The position numbers and the translations under genes were made by a program. DNA of 39,564 bases, from assembly GCA_036149055.1 (NCBI GenBank), contig JAYZQJ010000029.1, forward strand, positions 1 to 39,564, given 5' to 3'. The notes beneath the pieces are model-generated. The model did not search any database, was not told the DNA's origin, and worked only from the letters and a program-made list of their open reading frames with translations. Positions 28,884-39,072 of the stretch are shown here, in pieces (position 1 is the first letter of the stretch; every line of letters starts with the position of its first letter). Source of the stretch: Myxococcota bacterium. GTDB taxonomy: Bacteria; Myxococcota_A; Polyangia; Polyangiales; Sandaracinaceae.

Positions 28884-29972
28884 GTGAGTCGGTGCGCCGG
28901 GATCGTGACGTTTCTCGTCGTCGCGCTCGTCGGCGCGCCCGCGAGCGCGCAGCCTCGGGCGGTCGACCTGGTGTTCATCGGGGACGCCACCGACGCGAGC
29001 GGGCTGACGCTGGTGCTCACCGAGCTGCTCGACCGGCTCGAGGTGGAGCTGCGGCGGGGGCCGATCCGCACCGCGCTCGACGCGCGGGAGGTGCTGACGC
29101 CGGATCCGGAGGCGCCGCCGGCGCTGGCGCGGGTCTGGATCGAGGCGGGCGAGGAGCGGACGACGCTCTACCTCGTGGACGGAGACTGGGAGCGCATCCT
29201 CGTCCGGCACGTGCCGCTCGAGGACGGGCTCGACGAGGTGGGGCGCGAGCAGGTGGCGCACATCGTCTACGCGGCGGTCGAGGCCCTGATCGCCGGCGCG
29301 CGCATCGGGCTGACCCGCGACCAGGCGCGACAGGAGCTCGGGGTGCCCGCGCCGCCGCCTCCGCCCGAGCCGCCGCCTCCGCCTCCCGAGCCTCCCGAGC
29401 CGCCGCCCGAGCCGCCGCCGCCGTCGGAGCTGTCGGGCGACGTGGCGTTCGGCTACCTCGGGCAGCTCTTCGCCGACGGGGCCACCCTGCGACACGCGGT
29501 CGGGGCGCGCGGGGCGCTGCTCGTGGGCCGGCGCTCGCCGCGGCTCGCGCTCTCGTTCGCGGTCGACTTCTTCCCCACCACCGGCCACGAGGGCGCCGGG
29601 GTGCAGCTCGGCCTGCGCTCCTGGATCCTGCGCTTCGAGGCCGGCGTCGACTTCGAGCTGAGCGAGAGCACGAGCGTGCGCGCGACCGGGGGTCTCGGCG
29701 TCGACCTCACCTCGGTCGAGCCCGCCGGCGCGGGCGACGCCCCGATCCGGCTCTCCGAGGCGTTCGACGCGGTCGGCCCGCTCCTCGTCCTGCGCGGCGG
29801 GGTGCATCAGCAGATCTGGGAGTGGCTCGGGGTGAGCGGGGGGCTCCTGCTCGACGTCGACCTGGTCGACGCGCGCTACGTCGTCGCCGGCGAGGACGGG
29901 GACCTCCCGGTGGTCGATCCGTGGCTCGTGCGCCCCTCGCTCTGGGTCGCGCTCGAGGGCCGCTTCCGTTAA
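28884..29972 (+). CDS. Secreted protein with Pro-rich linker and probable C-terminal outer-membrane beta-barrel
   Basis: Signal peptide (APASA/Q), PEPPP linker, alternating beta-strand pattern, and C-terminus VALEGRFR. Start uncertain (ORF open from 28833). Confidence 0.7.
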   Translation: MSRCAGIVTFLVVALVGAPASAQPRAVDLVFIGDATDASGLTLVLTELLDRLEVELRRGPIRTALDAREVLTPDPEAPPALARVWIEAGEERTTLYLVDGDWERILVRHVPLEDGLDEVGREQVAHIVYAAVEALIAGARIGLTRDQARQELGVPAPPPPPEPPPPPPEPPEPPPEPPPPSELSGDVAFGYLGQLFADGATLRHAVGARGALLVGRRSPRLALSFAVDFFPTTGHEGAGVQLGLRSWILRFEAGVDFELSESTSVRATGGLGVDLTSVEPAGAGDAPIRLSEAFDAVGPLLVLRGGVHQQIWEWLGVSGGLLLDVDLVDARYVVAGEDGDLPVVDPWLVRPSLWVALEGRFR

Positions 29973-29981
29973 ACCCACGGC

Positions 29982-30941
29982 ATGCAGCGATGGATCGGAC
30001 GCGCCTTCCTCCAGACCGCCGCGCTCCGCCGGCGCATGCGGGGGCCCGTGCGCGACGCCTGGCCGCTCGAGCTCGAGGCGTGGACCCGCGTCCTCCATCA
30101 CTACGGCAAGCGCTCCACGCTCATCCCGCTCGCGCTCCAGCGGCGCGCCCTGCACGCGCTCGTGAAGCCGCCGGCGGCGAACGCGTCGGTGACGATCATC
30201 CGCACCGAGGCCAACGGCGTGCCCTGCGCCTGGTTCCGGCCGCGGGGCGCCGACCCGGATCGCGTGCTCGTGTATCTGCACGGCGGCGGCTACTCGATCG
30301 GCTCGATCGAGACCCACCGCGAGTACATCGCGAAGCTGGCGCGGCGGACGAAGATGCAGGCGTTCGCGGTCGACTATCGGCTCGCGCCCGAGCACCCCTA
30401 CCCGGCGCAGCTCGACGACGCGCGGGCCGCGTGGCGCTACCTGCTCGACGCGGGCGTCGATCCGCGGCGCGCGGTGATCGCCGGCGAGTCGGCGGGCGGC
30501 GGGCTCACGCTGAGCACCCTGGTCGCGCTGCGCGACGCGGGGGAGCCGCTCCCGGCGGCGGCCTGCGTGCTCTCGCCCTGGGCGGACCTGACGCTCGAGG
30601 CGGCGTCGCTCGCGGAGAACGAGCGCTACGACTACATCCACCCCCGCGTGCTCGAGGTCTACGCCGAGCGCTTCGTCGGCGCGGCCGATCGCGATCACCC
30701 GCTCGTGTCGCCGCTCTTCGCCGACCTCGAGGGCCTGCCGCCGATGCTGATCCAGGCCGGCGACCTCGAGACCCTGCGCGACGACGCGGTGCGGCTGGCC
30801 GAGCGCGCGCGGGCCGCGGGCGTCGACGTCACGCTCACCGTGTACGACGACATGATCCACGCCTTCATGCTCTTCGCCGGCGTGCCGGACGCGAAGCGGG
30901 CCACCGACGAGATCGTGGCCTTCGTCCGGCGTCACACCTGA
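29982..30941 (+). CDS. Alpha/beta hydrolase, HSL-family esterase/lipase
   Basis: YLHGGGY, DYRLAPEHPYPA, GESAGG nucleophile, ETLRDD and MIHAF. Confidence 0.92.
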   Translation: MQRWIGRAFLQTAALRRRMRGPVRDAWPLELEAWTRVLHHYGKRSTLIPLALQRRALHALVKPPAANASVTIIRTEANGVPCAWFRPRGADPDRVLVYLHGGGYSIGSIETHREYIAKLARRTKMQAFAVDYRLAPEHPYPAQLDDARAAWRYLLDAGVDPRRAVIAGESAGGGLTLSTLVALRDAGEPLPAAACVLSPWADLTLEAASLAENERYDYIHPRVLEVYAERFVGAADRDHPLVSPLFADLEGLPPMLIQAGDLETLRDDAVRLAERARAAGVDVTLTVYDDMIHAFMLFAGVPDAKRATDEIVAFVRRHT

Positions 30942-30945
30942 CCGG

Positions 30946-31299
30946 TCAGTCGCCGGTCTTGCGCTGGTTGAGCAGCCGGCCGAGCGCGGCGTAGCCGCTG
31001 AGCGAGCCGAGGCCCATGTTCGAGTCCTTGCTGGACTCCTTGGGCTTCTCACCCAGCAGCACCGCGCGGAGCCGCCCCTCGGAGTGGAGCTGCACGATGT
31101 GCGTGAACCCCCCGATGTAGGTCTCGTCGAGGAGCACGAGCGGGAACGCCAGCGCGCCGTGTCGGCGGCTGATGGCCTCCTGCTCGTGCCGCTCCTTCAC
31201 CTCGACGGAGTCGAAGGAGATCCCGTTCTCGGTGAGGATCTCCTCGACCTGCTCGCAGAACATGCAGCCCGGGCGTCGATAGACGACGACCTGCCCCAC
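30946..31299 (-). CDS. Glutaredoxin family protein
   Basis: GCMFC active site and AFPLV...YIGGF. Confidence 0.85.
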   Translation of the reverse strand: MGQVVVYRRPGCMFCEQVEEILTENGISFDSVEVKERHEQEAISRRHGALAFPLVLLDETYIGGFTHIVQLHSEGRLRAVLLGEKPKESSKDSNMGLGSLSGYAALGRLLNQRKTGD

Positions 31300-31300
31300 C

Positions 31301-31837
31301 TCATCCCTCCAGCGGAACCTGCGAGGTCTCCGCGAGGCGAGTCATCAGGTTGTAGAACGAGATGGTCATCATCAGCTCGACCACGCCGGCCTCGCCGAAC
31401 ATCTCACGCGCCTGCTCGACGGTGTTCTTCTCGGCGCCCACGCGCCCGGTCATCTCGTCGGTCATGCGGATGACGATCTTCTCCTCGGGGGAGAAGACGT
31501 CGTCGGGGATGTCCTTCTGGGACACGCCCTCCATCTTGTCGGCCTCGAGCCCGATCTGCTCGCTCTTCGGGACGTGGATGCTGCGGCAGTAGGCGCACCC
31601 GTTGAGCTCGGCGGTCCGGAGCACCGCGAGCTGCTTGAGGCGCATCGGCACCTTGTACTCCTGCGCCACCGCGCCGGCGAGCCCGAGGAAGGGACCGAGC
31701 AGGTCCTTGCAGTTGGCGATCACGCGCGCGAGGTGTGGGACGCCGCCCATCGCCTGCTGGCACATCGCGTAGATCTGCTTGAGGTCTTCGTCGGCCTGTT
31801 CGTCGGTGACGAGCGAGAGCGTCGGGCTTCGTTCCAC
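31301..31837 (-). CDS. AhpD/carboxymuconolactone decarboxylase family protein
   Basis: LKQLAVLRTAELNGCAYCRSIH and ELMMTISFYN. Confidence 0.88.
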   Translation of the reverse strand: MERSPTLSLVTDEQADEDLKQIYAMCQQAMGGVPHLARVIANCKDLLGPFLGLAGAVAQEYKVPMRLKQLAVLRTAELNGCAYCRSIHVPKSEQIGLEADKMEGVSQKDIPDDVFSPEEKIVIRMTDEMTGRVGAEKNTVEQAREMFGEAGVVELMMTISFYNLMTRLAETSQVPLEG

Positions 31838-31920
31838 TTTGTCGGTTCCCTTTCGTGCGAATCCCCCCGCACCGCCGATCCATCGTACGGCGCGGGGGGA
31901 CAGCGATTCAAGCGTTCGTT

Positions 31921-33282
31921 CTACAGGCGGTTCAGGAACTCGATGAGGTGATCCTGACGCGACGCCGGCAGGCTGGCGAAGCGGTCCCGCGCGTTCTGCG
32001 CCTCGCCGCCGTGGGCCAGGATGGCCTCCCGAACGCTGGCGGTCCGGCCGTCGTGGAGGAGCGCGTTCTTGAAGCGCAGGCCCCAGAGCGGCGTGGTCCT
32101 CCAGCGGCGGCCGTCGGCCCGCGCCATCACCCGGCCGATGGTCGTGCCCCCGTTGTCGGCGAGGGTGTCGCCCATGTCGTGGGTCAGGAGATCGGAGTAG
32201 AGGTGCGCGTCGCGGTTCTCGAGCTGCGGCACCCGGATGAAGCCGTCCTCGGTGCGGAGCCGGTAGACCGGGCCGGTGCGGAGGGTCGGCGTGTGGCAGC
32301 TCGCGCAGCCGATGCGGTCGAAGAGCACCTCACCCGCGCGGGCCCGGCCCTGGATGGGCAGGCGCGGCGGCGGCGCGACCAGCGCCTGGAAGGCGTAGAG
32401 CGCGAGCGAGTCCTCCTCCTCGTCGTCGTTGGGGATGGAGTCGGCGACGTCGCACCCGGCCGGGAGCTCGTGGCCGAAGCGCAGCCCCTGCGGCGTGAAC
32501 TCCTGGGGGAAGAACACCGTCGAGATGCCGAGCTCGATGCCGAAGGGCTCGGCCGAGAACTGGCTCAGCGTCGCCGTCTGCGACTTCCAGCCGAAGCGGC
32601 CCACCCGGACCGTGCCCCGGATGTGGAGCTGCGGGTCCGCGGCGGTCGGGCCGGCGGCGAGCGCCTGCATCTCGCGGCCCCAGTTCGCGACGCCGTTGAC
32701 GCCGTCGCGGCCGAGGGCCTGGTTGCGCAGGATCTCCTGGTCGGGGATCGCGTCGATGAGGCCGAAGCCCCAGACGGCGGGGGTGTGGCGCCGCGAGATG
32801 ACGTCGGCGTCGGCCGGCAGGGTCTCGCCGGTGATGGTGCAGCTCGGGTGCGTGTCCGAGATGTCGCGGTGCTGGATGATCGGCCCGCCGAGCTCGCGCA
32901 TCGGGTCGTAGTAGCCGTGGTTGTCGTAGCCGAAGTGCGTGACGTCGAACTCCGAGCCCACGCCGTTCGGGTCGGGGCCGCCGGCCGCGCCGGTGAGGCC
33001 GCCGTGGCAGGTCTGGCAGGCGCGCTCGTTGTAGACGGGGCCGAGGCCCTCCTCCGCGGTGTACTCGTGGAAGAACGCGTCGCGCCCCTCGTCGAAGAGC
33101 TCCTGGAGCTCCTCGCTCAGGCCGGGGAGCGGGTCACCGGCGGCGTGGCGATCGCCGCGGTGGCGGCCGCCGCGGTCGGCCTCGACGGGCTCGGCCGCCT
33201 GGAGCGAGACCAGGCCGGCGACGCCGAGCGCGACGGCGGGGACGGTGGCGAAGCGGAGAAGCTTGTTGGTGAACGTCGTCAT
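31921..33282 (-). CDS. Di-heme oxidoreductase (DHOR-like, putative peroxidase)
   Basis: Signal peptide, GLGPVYNERACQTCH, GRFGWK, GCASCHTP, YSDLLTHDMG, WRTTPLWG and LLHDGR...AILAHGGEA. Confidence 0.88.
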   Translation of the reverse strand: MTTFTNKLLRFATVPAVALGVAGLVSLQAAEPVEADRGGRHRGDRHAAGDPLPGLSEELQELFDEGRDAFFHEYTAEEGLGPVYNERACQTCHGGLTGAAGGPDPNGVGSEFDVTHFGYDNHGYYDPMRELGGPIIQHRDISDTHPSCTITGETLPADADVISRRHTPAVWGFGLIDAIPDQEILRNQALGRDGVNGVANWGREMQALAAGPTAADPQLHIRGTVRVGRFGWKSQTATLSQFSAEPFGIELGISTVFFPQEFTPQGLRFGHELPAGCDVADSIPNDDEEEDSLALYAFQALVAPPPRLPIQGRARAGEVLFDRIGCASCHTPTLRTGPVYRLRTEDGFIRVPQLENRDAHLYSDLLTHDMGDTLADNGGTTIGRVMARADGRRWRTTPLWGLRFKNALLHDGRTASVREAILAHGGEAQNARDRFASLPASRQDHLIEFLNRL

Positions 33283-33284
33283 GG

Positions 33285-34340
33285 TCAGCTCCCACTCCCG
33301 CAGAGGTGACGGCGCGACGGCGGCCACGGGTCCAGCTGCTCGGACACGCCCGAGATCGGCGTGATCGTCCCGAAGTTCCGGAAGTCGAGGCCGTAGCCCT
33401 GCGGGACGACGCTCGGGTACATGTTGCCCCACGTGATGAACGTGTTGTCGCGGTAGGCGAGCTCGGGCGGCTTCGGGTAAGGCTCGGCGCTCATCGCGAT
33501 GCCGATGCCCTCGCCGTTCCAGATCGACTCGAGGAAGTAGTCGAACGACATGAACATGTCGTCGGGCAGGCGGGTCTGCGTCCAGTAGTTGGTGAGCGCG
33601 TCCGGCTCGCAGATGTCGAACGGGTGGATGGTGTTGACCACGCCCGGGCTGCCGGCCGCGTCCTCGATGCGGTCGAAGCGCAGCGTGAAGTGCAGGTGGC
33701 CGGTGCCGTCGGGGTTGCCCTCGAAGATCGGCGAGCAGACCATGCGGATCGCCGGGGCGGGGGCGGTGAAGTAGGTGCCCTCCGCCGGGAACGGCCGGTC
33801 GCCGTGCGGGGCGAAGTCGAAGCGCGTCCCGAGGAACTGCAGCGTCGTCGCGTCGTAGTAGAGCGTCTCGTGGTAGCGGCCGAAGACCGTGCCCATGAGC
33901 CACATCTGCCAGCGCGCGTCCTCGACCCGCATGAACTGCGGGTTGAAGTCGGTGCTGTCGTCGAAGCGCTTCTCGTAGGTGGGCCGGTAGGGCAGGCCGA
34001 CGAAGTCGGCGTAGACGTCGACGGTGTTGCGGGCGCGCGAGTAGACGATGCGGACCGTGGCCGAGCCGTCGATCTGCGACTGGTCCTGGATGCAGAACTC
34101 GCCGGGCAGGCAGAAGTTCAGGGTCAGGGGGATCACGAACTCCCCCTCGTCCGGATCCGCGTAGGTGTATCGGCCCTCGATGTCCGAGACCCCGTTGGCG
34201 ATCTCCGGCGGTGTGACCAGCGGTTCGGTCCGGGCCCCCACGTCCCCCGTCTCCTGTGCGCAGCCCATGGCCGCGATCAGGCAGACGAGGCTCGCGGCCC
34301 GTCCGACCCCCACGCGAGGTCGGTCGTGTCGTCTACTCAT
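33285..34340 (-). CDS. Hypothetical lipoprotein co-transcribed with the di-heme enzyme
   Basis: GGAGG SD, lipobox-like AMGC, and a stop 2 nt before the DHOR start. Confidence 0.8.
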   Translation of the reverse strand: MSRRHDRPRVGVGRAASLVCLIAAMGCAQETGDVGARTEPLVTPPEIANGVSDIEGRYTYADPDEGEFVIPLTLNFCLPGEFCIQDQSQIDGSATVRIVYSRARNTVDVYADFVGLPYRPTYEKRFDDSTDFNPQFMRVEDARWQMWLMGTVFGRYHETLYYDATTLQFLGTRFDFAPHGDRPFPAEGTYFTAPAPAIRMVCSPIFEGNPDGTGHLHFTLRFDRIEDAAGSPGVVNTIHPFDICEPDALTNYWTQTRLPDDMFMSFDYFLESIWNGEGIGIAMSAEPYPKPPELAYRDNTFITWGNMYPSVVPQGYGLDFRNFGTITPISGVSEQLDPWPPSRRHLCGSGS

Positions 34341-34510
34341 GCGCGCTCCTCCCACTCCAATCGGCACTTCACCAGGTTGGGAGATCATCCCTGCTCCGTG
34401 AATCACCCCTGGGGGTTGTAGGAGGGTGTGTGTTTTTGTCCCTGGCGGGATCGGGGTCTGCTATCCTCGTTCGTGGGCGCGGGGGACAGCATCGAAGTGA
34501 GGCACGCATC

Positions 34511-35233
34511 GTGTCCGTGAGTCACGTCGGCAGTTTCCTCATCGCGGATCCGGACCCGGAGACGGCCGAGATCTTGGCGTCTCTGTGCCGGAAGATCCGC
34601 AAGGCGCGCACCGTGGAGCGGTGCGAGGAGGCGCTCGAGATCGTCGCCGGCGACGCGCGCCTGACCGGCCTCATCATGGAGGAGGACCTCCCGGACGGGC
34701 GGGGCACCAAGCTGCTCAAGGACCTGCGGAGCAAGCGGCCGATGCTCCCGGTGCTGGTGCTCACCGCCAACACGTCCCCGGACGTCATCAACCGCGCGCA
34801 CCGCTACCGCGCGGAGTTCCACGCGAAGCCGACCCGGCGGCGGAGCCTGCTCGGATTCCTGCGGCGCGCGGTCGCCTTCGAGCGCGTGCCCGACCACCGC
34901 ATCTCCTGGCTGCTCGAGGAGACGGTGATCCGCTTCAAGCTCTCCCCCCGCGAGACCGACGTGCTCGCGGCGGCGATCGCCGGCACCTCGCGCAAGGAGC
35001 TGAGCGATCAGCTCGGCACGTCCGAGAACACCATCAAGTCGGTGGTGAAGGGCGCGCTCCGCAAGCTGCCGCACGCCAGCCTCGACGACGCCGGGCGCGA
35101 GATCCTGCGGCAGGCGCTCGACGGAAGCCACGCCAGCACGCTCCAGGATCTCTACGAGATGCGGGAGACCCCGATGCTGCCCGGGCCGCCGACCATTCGC
35201 CCGTCGAGCGCCCGCGACGAGGAGGAAGAGTGA
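34511..35233 (+). CDS. Atypical response regulator (REC + LuxR-type HTH)
   Basis: FLIADPD...LIMEEDLPDG...VLTA...AKP receiver, and LSPRETDVL...GTSENTIKS HTH. Start 34511 or 34517. Confidence 0.82.
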   Translation: MSVSHVGSFLIADPDPETAEILASLCRKIRKARTVERCEEALEIVAGDARLTGLIMEEDLPDGRGTKLLKDLRSKRPMLPVLVLTANTSPDVINRAHRYRAEFHAKPTRRRSLLGFLRRAVAFERVPDHRISWLLEETVIRFKLSPRETDVLAAAIAGTSRKELSDQLGTSENTIKSVVKGALRKLPHASLDDAGREILRQALDGSHASTLQDLYEMRETPMLPGPPTIRPSSARDEEEE

Positions 35234-36429
35234 CCGTCGACTGGAGCGCCGTGCGCGGCGAGTTCGCCGCCCTCGCGGACAAGACCTTCCTGGACGCGGC
35301 CTGCGTCAGCGTCGCGCCCCGCCGCGCCACCGACGCGCTGGCCCGCTTCGCAGAGCTCACCGCGACCTGCCCCTTCCGCTCCGCCACCGAGGCCCACATC
35401 GCGATGGACGACGCGCGCGCCGCGGTGCGCCCGCTCGCGGCCCGCATGCTCGGCGCCTCGGCCGACGAGATCGCGATCGTCGAGAGCACCACCGAGGGCC
35501 TGAGCACCCTGGCCCGCGCGATCGACTGGCGCGACGGCGACCGGGTCGCGCTCAGCTCGCTCGAGTTCCTCCAGGTGGCGATGCCCTGGGCCCAGCTCGA
35601 CGGGGTCGCGCTCGACCCGATCGGGCACGAGGGCGGCGTCTTCGGGGTCGACGAGGTCGCCCGCGCGATCGGCCCCCGCACCCGCATGGTCGCGCTCAGC
35701 TCGGTGCAGTGGAGCCACGGCTTCCGCTGCGACCTCGACGCGATCGCCGCCCTCTGCCGCGAGCGGGGGGTGTGGCTGGTGGTCGACGCGGTGCAGCAGC
35801 TCGGCGCGTTCCCGATCGACGTGTCGAAGACCCCGGTCGACGCGGTGGTGGCCGGCGGGCACAAGTGGCTCAACTCCCCGTTCGGCGCCGGCGTGCTCTA
35901 CGTGCGGCGCGAGCGCCTCGCCGAGCTCGCCGTGCCGCTCGGCGGCTACCTCAGCCTCACGCCCCCCGACGGCGGCTGGGGCACCTACTTCCAGACCCCG
36001 TCGATCACGCCCTTCCGCGACTACCGCCTCGTGGAGGAGGCCCGCGCGCTCGAGACCGGGGGCACCGCGAACTACCCGGGCGCGGTCGCGCTCGCCGCCT
36101 CGATGGGCCTGGTGCTCGAGCTCGGCCAGCACGCGATCGCGACCCGGATCGAGGCGCTCACCACCCGCGCCATCGAGGGGCTGACCCGCCTCGGCGTCCG
36201 GGTGGTCACGCCCACCGATCCGGCCCGGCGCGCCGGCATCGTCACCTTCGATCTCGGCGAGCCCGCCGCCAACGAGGCCTGCATGAGCGCGCTGCTCGAC
36301 GCGTCGGTGCTCGTCTCGGTGCGCTACACCGACCGCGTCGGCGGGGTGCGCGTGTCCTGCCACTACTTCGACGACGAGGGCGACGTCGATCGCCTACTCG
36401 ACGTCACCGCCCACCACCTCCGGGGCTGA
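35230..36429 (+). CDS. Aminotransferase class V PLP-dependent enzyme
   Basis: FLDAA, STTEGL, VVDAVQQLG, GGHKWL (PLP Lys) and ETGGT. GTGA coupling to the regulator. Confidence 0.9.
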   Translation: MTVDWSAVRGEFAALADKTFLDAACVSVAPRRATDALARFAELTATCPFRSATEAHIAMDDARAAVRPLAARMLGASADEIAIVESTTEGLSTLARAIDWRDGDRVALSSLEFLQVAMPWAQLDGVALDPIGHEGGVFGVDEVARAIGPRTRMVALSSVQWSHGFRCDLDAIAALCRERGVWLVVDAVQQLGAFPIDVSKTPVDAVVAGGHKWLNSPFGAGVLYVRRERLAELAVPLGGYLSLTPPDGGWGTYFQTPSITPFRDYRLVEEARALETGGTANYPGAVALAASMGLVLELGQHAIATRIEALTTRAIEGLTRLGVRVVTPTDPARRAGIVTFDLGEPAANEACMSALLDASVLVSVRYTDRVGGVRVSCHYFDDEGDVDRLLDVTAHHLRG

Positions 36430-37718
36430 GACGCCCGCCGGCGCCTCGTGCACCGCGCTCACCGGGCGGGCCCGGAGCTCGGCCGGCAGCGGATCGAGGA
36501 GGTGCCAGAGGCGGAGGTAAGCCGCGCGCTGCGCCGGCGCCCGCGGGTCGAGGCGATCGAGGTGATCGCGCACCTTGCGGGCGAGCCGGCGCGAGACCGT
36601 CGGGTGATCGCGCTGGGGCGGCCGGCACCAGCGGAGGTCCTCGGCCACCGCGAGGGTGACGGCGTCGCTCACCGCGGCCGCGACCGCGCGGTGATAGCGG
36701 CGGGTCACGTCCTCCCGGCCGGCGGCGAGCACGTCGTCGAGGGCCTCGGCGCAGATCGCGGCGACGGTCATGCCCTGGGCGTGCACCGGGTTGAGGGCGC
36801 AGAGCGCGTCGCCGACCGCGAGCAGCCGGGGCGGCCAGGCGGGGTGCGCGTCGACGTGCCGCTGCCGGGTCTCGGTGTCGCGGTAACACCAGACCGGCGA
36901 GATCGGCTCGGCCCGGGACAGCGGCGCCCAGAGATACGGCAGCGATCGGGCGAACGCCTCGAAGCCCGCCGGATCGCGGGGCGGCGCGTCGCCGGCCGCG
37001 CCGACCAGGGTCACGTAGTCCCAGTCGGTCTCGGTCGGGTAGACGATCACCCCGCGGGTCACGTCGGGCGGGCGGGTGACCCCGAGCAGCGCGCCCCAGT
37101 CGCGCGAGAGCCCGCGGTAGTGCCGGGTGGCGTAGGCGCGCCCGGCCCGGACCCGGGTGGTCGGCGGCGGGTCGACGCCGAGAGCCGCGAGCCAGCGGGG
37201 CAGCGGCGTGCCGCGCCCCATCGCGTCGATCACCCAGTGCGCGGGCAGCGGGCCGGCGCCGGTGCTCACCCCGGCCGCCTCGCCGCGCCCGTCGAGCAGG
37301 AGCCCGCGCGCCCGGACGGCGCGCTCCAGCCGCACCCGACCGGAGCGCAGCACCGCGGCGCGCAGGGCGTGCTCGAGCCTGTCCCGGCTGCAGGCGAGCG
37401 AGGCCACGCCGCTCGGCTCCCGGGGCAGCCAGCCCTCGTCGAACACCGCGAAGTCGCGGCCCCAGTCCACCCGGTGCACGCCGTCCGGGCGCAGAGCCGG
37501 CTCGAGCGCGGGGAGAGCCGCTCCAGGATCACCAGGCCCCGCGCCAGGAGCGCGTGGGCGTGACGGGCCTGGGGCGTGCCGGCGCGGGCCCCGGGCTCGA
37601 GCGGCAGCGCGTCGCGCTCCAGGAGCGTCACCCGCAGGCCACGCGCGTCGAGCACCCGCGCGGCCATCAGCCCCGAGATGCCCGCGCCGATCACGATCGC
37701 GTGCTCGCCGGGGCGCAT
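36394..37718 (-). pseudogene. FAD-dependent oxidoreductase/monooxygenase split by a 1-nt frameshift at ~37514
   Basis: N-part (AIVIGAGISGL, TPQARHAHALL) and C-part (VIDAMGRG, GDALCALNPVHAQGM) lie in different frames. Adding one T restores LERLFPALE. Confidence 0.8.
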
Positions 37719-37893
37719 GGGGCCAGCCTCCGACGTGGAGCCGCCGACGGGAATCACCCCCAGGGGTGGGACGTGAACGGTGTAAGGTTTTACCCGGGGC
37801 GAGACGCGCCGCGGCACAACGCCCCGCCGTGGCGAGGCCCCCTGGGGCTCACGCCGGATCCGCAGCGCGCGGGGCCGCGGCACGGCACGTGCC

Positions 37894-39066
37894 ATGGAAG
37901 GGGTCGTGACCTCATCATCCCCCATGCAGCCGGGCGAGATCGTGGCCGGGCGCTTCCGCATCTGCGGCACGCTCGGGCGCGGCGGCCACGGCGAGGTGCT
38001 CCGCGGCGAGCACGTGCAGCTCGGCTACCCGGTGGCGCTCAAGATGCTCGACCCGGAGTACAAGCACGACGACGCGATGCGCGAGCGCTTCCGTCGCGAG
38101 GCGATCTTCGGCGCGCGCCTCTGCACCGAGAACGTCGCCCGGGTGCTCGACGCCGGCGAGACCGACGACAGCATCCCCTTCCTGATCATGGAGATGATCG
38201 AGGGGCCGGACCTCGCGACGGTGCTGGACCGGGAGCGGACCCTGCCGATCGCGGCCGCGGTCGACCTCGGGGTGCAGCTCTGCGCGGCGGTCAGCGCGCT
38301 CGAGGAGCACGAGCTGGTGCACCGCGACATCAAGCCGAGCAACGTCGTGCTCAAGCGCGAGGCGGACGGCCGGGTGATCGTGAAGCTCATCGACCTCGGC
38401 ATCTCGCGCGACGCGAGCGAGGAGGGGCGGGTCGAGACCCTGACCGCGGCCAACACCATCGTGGGCACGCCGCAGTACATGGCGCCCGAGCAGATCGAGG
38501 CCGGCGTGCTCGACCACCGCACCGATCTCTACGCGATCGGGGCGGTGCTCTTCGAGGCGCTCGCCGGCGAGCCGCCCTACGGCGGCAAGACCCCGCACGC
38601 GGTGCTGGCCCGCGCCCTGGCCGGGGAGCGCGAGGACCTCGCCAAGGCGCGCCCCGGGGTGCCGGAGCCGCTGGTGAAGGTGATCGAGCGCGCGCTCGCC
38701 TTCGATCCGAGCGACCGCTTCCCGGACGCGGCGGCGATGAGCCGGGCCCTCTCGAGGGCGGCCGAGGAGTCGGAGCTGCCGCGCGGCGCCCGGGCCTGGC
38801 AGACGGTCGAGAGCGTGCGCGAGGAGCTAGCCGGCGAGTCGCGGCGCAGCGCGATGAGCGACACCACCGATCTGCTCGCCTCTAACGTCGACCCCTTCGA
38901 GAAGACCGGCGAGCGCCGCGGCTTCCGTCACTGGGACTGGGTCGCGGCGGTGGTCGCGCTGGTGATCGCGGCGGTCTCGCTCGGCACCTTCTTCGTCGAC
39001 ACCGGAGAACGCGGAAGGGGCGAACCGCTGAACAAGCAGTCCGCCCCTTCTTCGGTCGAGGAGTGA
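37894..39066 (+). CDS. Hanks-type Ser/Thr protein kinase with C-terminal TM
   Basis: GRGGHGEV, VALK, HRDIKPSN, DLG, GTPQYMAPE and DLYAIG. Start 37894 or 37924. Confidence 0.92.
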   Translation: MEGVVTSSSPMQPGEIVAGRFRICGTLGRGGHGEVLRGEHVQLGYPVALKMLDPEYKHDDAMRERFRREAIFGARLCTENVARVLDAGETDDSIPFLIMEMIEGPDLATVLDRERTLPIAAAVDLGVQLCAAVSALEEHELVHRDIKPSNVVLKREADGRVIVKLIDLGISRDASEEGRVETLTAANTIVGTPQYMAPEQIEAGVLDHRTDLYAIGAVLFEALAGEPPYGGKTPHAVLARALAGEREDLAKARPGVPEPLVKVIERALAFDPSDRFPDAAAMSRALSRAAEESELPRGARAWQTVESVREELAGESRRSAMSDTTDLLASNVDPFEKTGERRGFRHWDWVAAVVALVIAAVSLGTFFVDTGERGRGEPLNKQSAPSSVEE

Positions 39067-39072
39067 CGACGG

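Noticed and set aside
35230..36429. Cysteine desulfurase (IscS/SufS)
   Set aside because: The catalytic Cys loop motifs (SSGSAC or RxGxHC) are not visible, so it is left as generic class V.
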